64,000 bases of DNA from Macrostomum hystrix (Eukaryota; Animalia; Platyhelminthes), in the NCBI GenBank assembly GCA_950097015.1, contig CATNEN010000011.1, positions 2,170,001-2,234,000 on the forward strand, in the 5' to 3' direction. The notes beneath the pieces are model-generated. The model searched no databases, was not told the DNA's origin, and worked only from the letters and a program-made list of their open reading frames with translations. Position 1 is the first letter of the stretch, and each line of letters starts with the position of its first letter. Both the position numbers and the translations under genes were made by a program. This document shows, piece after piece, positions 53,936 to 64,000 of the stretch.

Positions 53936-56487
53936 CACTCAGTTGCTTACGTTTTGATGACAACTCAATTTTTTTTGAGAAAATAAAATTAACTAATTTA
54001 TTTCTGCAACGGAGTTTTGAACCAAAAACGCAGCATCTTTGTTTAAATTTTCATTAAAGCCGTCCTGCAGTGCTCAACTCAACGCCCTGCCAATAGAAAT
54101 TAGGGACTTACAAGTTTACAAGGACTTACAAGCGGAGGGGGGTTTCTTGTGCTAGTCTATATACATAGACTAAGAATGAACAGCTTTGCTAAGATTAATA
54201 ATGCACCTGCGCACAGCTGTGTTGGACCTCTGCAAATGGTTGCCACGCGCACAATGCTGCTTTATAATTTTTGGAGAAAAAAAACGCAAGCACAAACTAC
54301 TTTGCTGCCTTTACAAGGAAGCAACAGAAGTTGTGGCAGTTGCGGCTAAACTCAATAATTTCGCCCAGGTCTCTCCTAACAGCAGCCAGCCAGCATTGGC
54401 AAACAGTTTAATGCCTTTGCTGAGAAATTTCTGGGAAAGAGCATTTGCGGAAGAAACTGGGGTGAGGGAAATTGGTGAAGGAACAAAATTTTGGGAAGCA
54501 GAGAGTCGCAGACGAAGTACACAGAGCCATCCATGCGGTGGGTCTCAAACTATACTCAGATACGGAGAGCAGCAAATTTCTAACTCAGTTTAGTGAATCC
54601 GCGTGAGCTTGAGCTGAATGTTTTAGGAAAAAGCGATTTCTGCATTAATGTATTGTATAGACAATATGAAATCTATAGCAGCCATAAAATCTGCTGTTCT
54701 GTTTGCCTATGAGTTATCTCTCCGCTACTTTGTTGGACTCATTTTATCTCTGAGCCATCATCTTGTTTAATCATGCGCGATTATTGTGAAGGTATTTTAT
54801 TCTACGAAATATTTTATAATAGGACATTTGATAATAAAAAATAAATCTACGATGTATAACACTGTCAAATAAACGATGACACATCAATATGTATGCTCAC
54901 GACAAGGATTTTTTATCTCTTGTGTTTATTCTGCAATACGAGCGTATTGAATCGGTTCCACTTGCAACAAAAAACTGTAACCACGTGCTGTTTATTTTAC
55001 ATGCTTCTCATTATTTACTCACACGGTAAATGCATGTCTCATGCATGCGTGTAGTGATTATAACTATTTTAACTAAAGCAATTGTATGATTTCTCTATGT
55101 AAAATCTCACTTCTTAACTACTCTGACGTCTATCTATCTCATGAATTTCACACGATGATCTCACTACTCTGTCTATCTATCTCATGTGAATCTTGTATAA
55201 TTTTGTCTCACTCTATGCTCGTGTTCTTAGTCAATCGAACGGCCAATTATGAAATTCTGTGCCGCATCTTAACATTTTGTGTCCACTGTCCATTTCAGGA
55301 TAGACGAATGGCTAAAACAATACAGTGGTATAGCCATTCTTTGAATTCTTAATTACCTATTTGAATAATTTAGAAGCAATGCTTTCACATTTTCTTACCC
55401 CAGATCCTCATCCCCGCTCTGTCTTCTCCCTCTCTGTTGTCTCTGCTGCTCTTTGCTAGACATTCTTAGTTGTCGATTGTCTGTCAATTTTCTCTAGAGC
55501 CGTTCCCTCTGCCAATCTAATTCTATCGCTTTTCATAGAGAAGGCCCTATTGTCTGCAAGACTCAAAACTATCGATTGATAGGTCTATTTGCAGGCTTTC
55601 TCAGATGGGTTTGCATATCGTCGTAACTCGGCTGCAACTTTTCTACTATTTGCAGTTTGCAGGCGGGCGCTGCGGCAGAAGCAATTTTTTTCGGCTTAAC
55701 TCTTCAGGTCATCTTCTGAAATGGCAGCAACAGGAATTTGAACAATTTATAAACAGTGCACTTTTAATCGTACTTTTGTATTTTTCAGGTAATGGCACTT
55801 CATTGTTAAAAATTTAACAGCTTCGTTAATTTCTTTTCTGATGATCAACAAGTCACTTGGTGAAAGTGAAAGCGTTGGTGATGCTTTGGAGTACATTATT
55901 AGTTTAGTGCACGCAAGGGGCATAAAGGGTGAGCTGCACTGCGCAGCATATATTGATCATTCAGATACTGTATAAAACAGCAATTATTCAGTTCATTTCT
56001 TCGTTTTGTTGATTTCATCGGGATTCCAGAAGCACAAAGTTCCAACACAGTTAAAAACGATGTGTCGTTCCAAATAAATGTTGTCTACTTTTTATGATAT
56101 CATAATTGCTCATATGTTCTTTCTTCTGCAGTTAAAATCTGATTATTGTGTAATGCAAAGATGGCCAGTGGAATTTATTTTTTCGTTTATCGCGAAACGG
56201 TAAAAAAGTCGTAAATTGCGCAAAAAGCGCGAATTTGCAAATTCCAGGAAACGCGTTAAAACTTTTCAAATTTCACGTGTTGGCAGCAATTTTTTATGAA
56301 GTATCTCAGTGAATCTTGTGGTTGTGGTTGTGTCTGATTTGTATTTTCTTCCCCTCGTCTGAACCACCTGCTCTTCAGTTGAATCACAACATTGAAAAGC
56401 AAAATTGTTATTTAGTTTCAGCTAAAGGCCCTATTATATTTCATTTTAACTGATTGCAGGAATAGCAGCGAATTTTAAGCAAGCATC

Positions 56488-59400
56488 ATGTTTAGCTTTG
56501 CCATAGATCGAGGAGGTACATTTACTGATATTTGGTGCAAAATTCCATCAGGAAAAGTAATTGTACGAAAATTACTTAGCGAAGACCCAGAGAACTACGA
56601 TGATGCGCCAAGAGAGGCTATAAGAAGAATTTTATCTGAGCTTGTAAGTCTCATCCCTCAAAAGTTTGATCCCTCAATCCCTCAATCAACTTATGTCTTA
56701 CTCACATTTACTGTTTATTTAGAAGCATAGTTTATTTTTTCTTTAAAGTATCTTACTTTCTAAACTAAATGAATATATGATTTATAAGTGTTCTAGAATA
56801 GCAATACATTATGATTTAACATTAAAAATTAAACATGATTTTAGTCTAATGAATTCTTTAGTTAAGAAAAAAGCAAAGCACTCTACTAAATGATACAAAA
56901 AAATCCAGCACCATATTTGCTTAAGAAACTAAAAAAATCAATATATAATACAGTTTTTAGTACTATTTAGATTATGTACTTGTAAATATGGTAGTATTGA
57001 AATTGACAAAAAATGCTTTGCATACTAAAACAGAAAATGTGTTTTAGGTTACTTGTATGCTTTTATATATTGCTTTCAATTATAAAAAAATATACTCATG
57101 TAAATTCTGATTGTCTGCTAAGGGAAAAGTCTTTCAATATTACCTAGACCATTAAATCACATTTAATAAATAACCCACATATTTACACTTTTATTACATA
57201 ATTCATAAAATATACATAAAATATTATTACATAAAATATTTTTATAACTTGTTTATTACATCAACCCTATAATATGCGATATCTTCTCATAATCTAATTT
57301 TAAACTGCTTTTCAATAGAAATGTATGAGCACTTATTCAACCATTTGCTTACAATGATAGTCAGGTACCAATGTGCCAAAAGGAGCACCGATTCCAACTG
57401 AGAAGATTCAGTGGATTCGCATGGGCACCACGGTGGCAACAAATGCCCTGTTGGAACGTAAAGGCGAGCGATTTGCCCTACTAATCACTAAGGGATTTCG
57501 CGACCTGCTCTACATTGGCAATCAGTCTAGGCCAGACATCTTTGACTTGGTGAGCCTTTGACAAAGGAAAATAGGGATCACTGAATGGGAATGGGAAATA
57601 GGGATCACTGAATGGGAATGGGAAATAGGGATAACTGAATGGGAATGGGAAATAGGGATCACTGAATGGGAATGGGAAATAGGGATCACTGAATGGGATT
57701 GGGAAATAGGGATCACTGAATGGGAATAGGAAATAGGGATCACTGAATGGGAATGGGAAATGGGGATCACTGAATGGGAATAGGAAATAGGGATCACTGA
57801 ATGGGAATGGGAAATAGGGATCACTGAATGGGAATGGGAAATTGGGATCACTGAATGGGATTGGGAAATAGGGATCACTGAATGGGAATAGGAAATAGGG
57901 ATCACTGAATGGGAATGGGAAATGGGGATCACTGAATGGGAATAGGAAATAGGGATCACTGAATGGGAATGGGAAATAGGGATCACTGAATGGGAATGGG
58001 AAATGGGGATCACTGAATGGGAATAGGAAATAGGGATCACTGAATGGGAATAGGAAATAGGGATCACTGAATGGGAATGGGAAATAGGCATCACTGAATG
58101 GGAATGGGAAATGGGGATCACTGAATGGGAATGGGAAATGGGGATCACTGAATGGGAATGTGAAATAGGGATAACTGAATTTTGCTGGGCAGATAGGATC
58201 CCTGCTTACTGCAACTCCGCCCGCAGTCCATCTCCATGCCAGAGATGCTGTACGAGCGAGTCATTGAAGTCGACGAGCGAGTACTTTTAGCCCAGCCCGA
58301 CAGCTGCCGCCTGCAGCCGCCGCCAGGGCCGCTAGCTGATGGCGTCACTGGCGAGTTTGTACACATCAGCCAGCCCTTGGATCTGACAGCCTTGCGGCGT
58401 CAGCTGACCGACCTGCTGGCCGATGGGATACGATGCGTGGCGGTGCTGTTCCTGCATTCCTATCTCTACCCGGAGCACGAGCTAGCTGCCGGGCGTTTAG
58501 CTGCTGAGCTCGGATTTAGCCAGGTGGGTCGACCTTCACCCTCATTGCCTTTCGTATTAGTTACTCGTAGGTTGACCCTGACCCACTTCTTATTCTGTGG
58601 GTCAACTGGGTCACTTGTAGGTTGACCCTGACCCACTCCTTATTCTGTGGGTCAACTGGGTCACTCGTAGGTTGACCCTGACCCACTTCTTATTCTGTGG
58701 GTCAACTGGGTCACTCGTAGGTTGACCCTGACCCACTTCTTATTCTGTGGGTCAACTGGGTCACTCGTAGGTTGACCCTGACCCACTTCTTATTCTGTGA
58801 ATCAAATGGGTCAGTAGTTGGTTGACCCTGACCCAAATATTCGTTGAATTCCAGGTGTCCCTGTCGCACCGGGTGATGCAGATGGTACGCGCCGTACCTC
58901 GCGGTCACACAGCATGCGCCGACGCCTACCTGACGCCCTGCATCGATAAGTACATCGCCGGCTTCGCTTCCGGCTTCGCTTCCTGCCTAAAAGTACATTA
59001 TTTTGTGTGTCCCTTTCTTAATAATAAGCATTGATAATAAAATTATATTATACCCGCAATTTTCAGAATCTTAAAGTGCTTTTTATGCAGAGTGACGGCG
59101 GCTTGGCTCCAGTGAACGAGTGAGGCCCTTCTGCTGACTATTTTGTTTATTTAGCAAAGCCTCTGTGATTCATTGTTAAAATGGCCACCTTTTACAGTTC
59201 TCAAGCATACTCAAATGTTGTTGCATAGAGATAATAGCCGTAACAGTCTAAAAGATTCGGGTGGAAGCCTCCAACTCCACTAGAACAACTTGTGTCCTTT
59301 AGCAAGACACTTAACTATGCATTGCTTCAGTTCACCCAGCTGGTAAATGGGTACCGGCATTAGCTGGCGTAATTGAAGGTGGGTGTGGCGTCCCCCCCAG

Positions 59401-62400
59401 TCCATGGACTGAACAGCCGTACGCAGGCTTCAGATGTGCCGCGCAATAGCTGCGGCTGTGCTGTCCCGATTACTATTATATAATCTGAAACAACAATTGG
59501 ACTCAATGAGCTGACACAACAATCTGACACCTAAATTGATGAACAGATTCAACGGGTCTCGGGCCATTTTGTCCGGCCCAGCTGGCGGAGTGGTTGGCTA
59601 CGCCCTGACAACCTGGCGCGAGGCGGGCGGGTCGCCAATTATCGGCTTTGACATGGGCGGCACCAGTACGGATGTCAGCCGCTACGATGGACAGCTTGAG
59701 CACGTGTTTGAGACCACAACAGCTGGAGTGGCTATTCAGGTGCAAATTTACTTTATCTTATCTTATCTACTGCTTCTCAGCTCTCATTCCTCTATCCTCA
59801 CTTTGTTCTGATCCCAAGTTTTTATGTTTTGAAATATTCATATCAGGATGAATATTTAAAGCGCCCGTGCCAAGGTCTATGGGCTCGATTCCACGGCAAG
59901 GCCACATATATTTCAGGTGTAGAATTAGAGTGCAGAATGCATAAAAACACCCGGGGTATCGAGCGGTCAAAAGTGATAAAACACCCTGGTTGTGAAGTGG
60001 TCGAAGTCCGATAAAAACACCAGGGTGTGGAGGGGTCGAAGTCCGATAAAAACACCAGGGTGTGAAGTGGTCGAAGTCCGATAAAAACACCAGGGTGTGG
60101 AGGGGTCGAAGGTCGATGAAAACACGAGGGGTGAGGAGGGGTCGAAGTCCGATAAAAACACCAGGGGTGAGGAGGGGTCGAAGGTCGATGAAAACACCAG
60201 GGATGTGGAGGGTCGAAGTCGGATAAAAAAACCAGGGGGTGAGGAGGGGTCCAAGGTCGATGAAAACATGAGGGGTGAGGAGGGGTCGAAGTCCGATAAA
60301 AACACCAGGGTGTGGAGGGGTCGAAGGTCGATGAAAACACGAGGGGTGAGGAGGGGTCGAAGTCCGATAAAAACACCAGGGGGTGAGGAGGGGTCGAAGT
60401 CCGATAAAAACACCAGGGGTGAGGAGGGGTCGAAGGTCGATGAAAACTCCAGGGGTGTGGAGGGTCGAAGTCCGATAAAAAACCAGGGGGTGAGGAGGGG
60501 TCGAAGGTCGATGAAAACACGAGGGGTGAGGAGGGGTCGAAGTCCGATAAAAACACCAGGGGGTGAGGAGGGGTCGAAGTCCGATAAAAACACCAGGGGT
60601 GAGGAGGGGTCGAAGGTCGATGAAAACACGAGGGGTGAGGAGGGGTCGAAGTCCGATAAAAACACCAGGGGGTGAGGAGGGGTCGAAGTCCGATAAAAAC
60701 ACCAGGGGTGAGGAGGGGTCGAAGGTCGATGAAAACTCCAGGGGTGTGGAGGGTCGAAATCCGATAAAAACACCAGGGGGTGAGGAGGGGTCCAAGGTCG
60801 ATGAAAACATGAGGGGTGAGGAGGGGTCGAAGTCCGATAATAACACCAGGGTGTGGAGGGGTCGAAGGTCGATGAAAACACGAGGGGTGAGGAGGGGTCG
60901 AAGGTCGATGAAAACACCAGGGGTGTGGAGGGTCGAAGTCCCATAAAAACACCAGGGGGTGAGGAGGGGTCGAAGTCCGATAAAAACACCAGGGTGTGAA
61001 GTGTTCGAAGTCCGATAAAAACACGAGGGGTGTGGAGGGGTCGAAGTCCGATAAAAACACCAGGGGGTGAGGAGGGGTCGAAGTCCGATAAAAACACCAG
61101 GGGTGAGGAGGGGTCGAAGGTCGATGAAAACTCCAGGGGTGTGGAGGGTCGAAATCCGATAAAAACACCAGGGGGTGAGGAGGGGTCCAAGGTCGATGAA
61201 AACATGAGGGGTGAGGAGGGGTCGAAGTCCGATAATAACACCAGGGTGTGGAGGGGTCGAAGGTCGATGAAAACACGAGGGGTGAGGAGGGGTCGAAGGT
61301 CGATGAAAACACCAGGGGTGTGGAGGGTCGAAGTCCCATAAAAACACCAGGGGGTGAGGAGGGGTCGAAGTCCGATAAAAACACCAAGGTGTGAAGTGTT
61401 CGAAGTCCGATAAAAACACGAGGGGTGTGGAGGGGTCGAAGGTCGATGAAAACACCAGGGGTGTGGAAGGGTCAAAGGTCGATGAAAACACCAGGGGTGT
61501 GGAGGGGTCGAAGGCAAAAAAAACACCCGGGGTGTGGAGGGGTCGAAGGCCGATGAAAACACTCAATTGAGGTGTAAAATGCTATTTAGAATATGGGGTA
61601 TAACTGAGTTTTACGCCAATTAAAACATCATCGTTGTGGAGGGGGTTGTAGGTTAATTGTACTCTTTGAAAATTGCCTCTTGCTGGCCTCGGGTTGGCTG
61701 TCTCCAAATGATTTTCCACTGCCAACTGCCCTCCTGCAAATGCAAGAATGAAAAATATTAAATCATTGAAGGCGCCGCAGCTGGACATCAACACCGTGGC
61801 AGCCGGCGGTGGCTCCCGGCTGTTCTTTCGCTCCGGCTTGTTCATAGTTGGTCCCGAGTCGGCCGGCGCCCATCCCGGCCCAGTCTGCTATCGCAAAGGC
61901 GGCCCGTTGACTGTCACAGACGCCAATTTGGTCCTTGGGCGGCTGCTGCCTCAGTACTTTCCGAAAATTTTCGGACCCAATGCTGATCAGGAACTGGACA
62001 CTGAGGGTGCCAAGTGAGTTGCTATGCTCGTTCTGTCAGAACAGAATTCTTACCTGTTCTTTGGTTACCTGCTAGTAATTTAGGTTTACCTGATAGACCA
62101 TTGGATCTAACTGAAATCTATTTAGAGTTACCTGGTAGTCTTTAAGGGGTTACTTGTAAACAATTTAGGGTTTACTGTTAGATATTTAGGGCTACCTGTT
62201 AGACATTTAGGGCTACCTGTTAGAAAAAAGAACGACCTGTAGGACACTGAATCACCTGTTAGACAGTGAATCACCTGTTAGACACAGAATCACCTGCTGC
62301 TGTTTGCCTGTTTTTTTTGTCAAACAGGCAAGCTATGCTCATTCTGACGGAGCAGATCAACTCATTCCTAGCCACGGAGACTGGCCAGTCCCCAATGTCC

Positions 62401-63165
62401 GTCGAAAAGGTGGCCCTCGGTTTTATTCGCGTTGCCAACGAATCCATGTGCCGGCCCATCAGAGCCCTGACGCAGGCCAAGGGTCACAACACCGGCCTGC
62501 ACGCGCTGGCCTGCTTCGGTGGCGCCGGTGGTCAGCACGCCTGCGCCATCGCTCGAAGCCTCGGCATGTCGCGAGTCTTTGTGCACAAATACTCTGGAAT
62601 TCTCAGCGCCTACGGCCTGGCTCTGGCCGATGTGGTGCACGAAGCTCAAGAGCCGTGCGCTCTGGAGTACTGCCCAGGTTTGACTTGAAATTGAGTCTTT
62701 GTCTTTTATAGTAGTCTTTGTCTTTTTAATATTTCATTGTCTTTGCAATTAGTATTTTTCTTTAATATTGTCGTTTTCGTACATAGTTATCTTTGAATTT
62801 ATGTTAGTCTTTGTCTTTCGAAGCAGTATTTGTCTTTCGAAACAGTCTTTATCCGAAGCAGTCTTTGTCTTTCGAAACAGTCTTTATCCGAAGCAGTCTT
62901 TGTCTTTCGAAGCAGTCTTTATCCGAAGCAGTCTTTGTCTTTCAAACAGTCTTTGTCTTTCGAAACAGTATTTTTATTTTAAAAAGTCTTTGTCTTTTAA
63001 TACATTCTCGGATTCTCAACAAAGTCATTAATTTCATAAAAATGTCCTGACATTTTTCAATTTTTTTTCACATTTTTCCTCAGAAAATTTTACCACAATC
63101 GAAGATCGCTTTAAGCATCTCGAGCGCGAATGCTTCAACAAGCTGACTCGACAGGGCTTCGAGCA
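56488..63165 (+). CDS. OPLAH: 5-oxoprolinase (ATP-hydrolysing), partial; exons 56488-56643, 57361-57549, 58227-58523, 58855-58992, 59067-59119, 59547-59739, 61772-62013, 62328-62677, 63084-63165
   Basis: Hallmarks [99 protein letters not shown] and [11 protein letters not shown]. All introns are phase-consistent. The rest of the gene is expected beyond the window. Confidence 0.97.
57568..58178. repeat. 27-bp minisatellite (GGGATCACTGAATGGGAATGGGAAATA), OPLAH intron 2
   Basis: About 22 units, each with three GGG runs. Confidence 0.96.
58563..58835. repeat. 50-bp self-complementary tandem repeat x~5, OPLAH intron 3
   Basis: ACTCGTAGGTTGACCCTGACCCACTTCTTATTCTGTGGGTCAACTGGGTC. Confidence 0.95.
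59245..59428 (+). mobile_element. SINE family B copy (CORE-like body)
   Basis: TTGTGTCCTTTAGCAAGACACTTAACT...CACCCAGCTGGTAAATGGGTACCGGC...CCAGTCCATGGACTGAACAGC. Confidence 0.72.
59860..59925 (+). mobile_element. SINE A head fragment
   Basis: GTGCCAAGGTC..TGGGCTCGATTCCACGGCAAGGCCACAT, a diverged match to the head. Confidence 0.55.
59945..61562. repeat. ~34-36-bp G-rich satellite (GGAGGGGTCGAAG(T/G)(C/T)CGAT(A/G)AAAACACCAGGGG(G)TG) with a 395-bp higher-order repeat, OPLAH intron 6
   Basis: About 46 units. Identical blocks end at 60946 and 61341. Confidence 0.97.
62795..62965. repeat. Short 16-19-bp mosaic repeat (GAAGCAGTCTTTGTCTTTC / GAAACAGTCTTTATCC)
   Basis: About 9 alternating units in OPLAH intron 8. 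Confidence 0.85.
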
Positions 63166-63301
63166 GTAAGATTTTACACATATTTTATTGCTCTAGCATA
63201 CTTAATTGCATGCATTAAAAGTTCGTTGTTAATTAAGGTTTTCACCATAGACAAAAAGAAAAAAATAATTTAATAGAACACAACGAAGCGCAAAACGCAT
63301 T

Positions 63302-63802
63302 ATGAACAATCTGGTTGCTGAAAAAACCATTCGGAATTCAACTATGTCTAACAAGAACAATAAAAAAGAATCCATAAGCTTTGGTTCTAATCGACGATAT
63401 CGCTATTTTCCGACGGAATCCGGCCAATTACCGGCAACTTCAAAGCTAGCTGCACCGCACATACCAAAATCTGTCCATTGTCCAGCTGTACTGAATCCGT
63501 TCGGTCGGGATGACTACTTTCCATTTAAACCGGTTGAAGATGATGACTTCTGCTGGTTGGATAGGCAGATCAATAATAACTCCGGCGAGAGCAGTTCAAG
63601 AAAGATCGCCTCCAAGGAGGTTTCAAAACGCGAAGTTGAGAATTGGTTTTTTCTGTACTTTCGATTTCGTAGGGAAGGCTACCAGTCCATTGTTAACGCC
63701 ATCAGACAGTCAGCCGTAAATGAAAGCATATTCAACGAGGATAACATTGAAAAGTGGACTTTTAAGATGCGGTTTCGGATAAGAAAATCGGCGCCTTTGA
63801 AG
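63302..63802 (+). CDS. Unassigned ORF/exon (167 codons to a GTAAGA donor) inside the apparent OPLAH intron 9
   Basis: Non-repetitive open frame from the ATG at 63302, ending AAG|GTAAGA at 63802. No similarity to OPLAH and no family recognised. Confidence 0.35.
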
Positions 63803-63821
63803 GTAAGAGGTTCGATCCGTC

Positions 63822-64000
63822 CGCACCCCGGGTGTTTTATTTTGCCTTCATCCCCTCCACACCCGGGTGTTTTAATTGGCTTTCAACCCCTCCACAGCCG
63901 GGTGTTTTAATTGGCTTTCAACCCCTCCACAGCCGGGTGTTTTAATTGGCTTTCAACCCCTCCACATCCGGGTGTTTTAATTGGCTTTCAACCCCTCCAC
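63822..64000. repeat. 35-bp array (CCGGGTGTTTTAATTGGCTTTCAACCCCTCCACA), the reverse-complement relative of the 59945-61562 satellite
   Basis: The first unit CACCCCGGGTGTTTTATTTTGCCTTC matches the reverse complement of 61510-61537. It continues past the window end. Confidence 0.9.

Noticed and set aside
53480-55820. Possible extra gene or snRNA (Sm-like AATTTTTTTC at ~55683) between the lectin gene and OPLAH
   Set aside because: No coherent exon chain and no flanking stem-loops matching a known snRNA or SL RNA by eye.
59767-61566. 514-599-aa minus-strand ORFs
   Set aside because: Translations of the 35-bp satellite inside an OPLAH intron.

Overview
Eukaryotic (metazoan) genomic DNA with GT-AG introns. 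The CAG/GCA-rich exons and dense intronic minisatellites resemble a free-living flatworm such as Macrostomum; this is an inference from sequence style only. I reconstructed seven spliced genes by hand with intron phase checking. Minus strand: GRAMD1/Aster-like (partial, runs off the left end), LRRC46-like, spalt/SALL zinc-finger, an orphan multi-exon gene at ~28.6-32.3 kb and a HUNK-like CAMK/AMPK-related kinase. Plus strand: a secreted C-type-lectin/CCP-like mosaic protein and 5-oxoprolinase (OPLAH, runs off the right end). About 28 tandem arrays (units 13-94 bp, roughly 17-18 kb in total) mostly have private units, and they generate most of the long ORFs in the supplied track. Mobile DNA comprises ~12 copies of a tRNA-headed SINE (family A), 4 copies of a second CORE-like SINE (family B), an internally deleted maT-type Tc1/mariner with 38-residue D-D spacing and a MITE-like inverted repeat. 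The best leads are: (1) mirror-image repeat arrays flanking OPLAH exons 7-9 plus an unexplained nested ORF; (2) a two-segment templated insertion inside a SINE; (3) a strand bias of SINE A that tracks a GTGAGT donor in its head; (4) a twin-priming-like inverted SINE; (5) a CTGTTAGAC core reiterated on the sense strand of introns in three genes. No CRISPR array, rRNA or intact tRNA gene was found.
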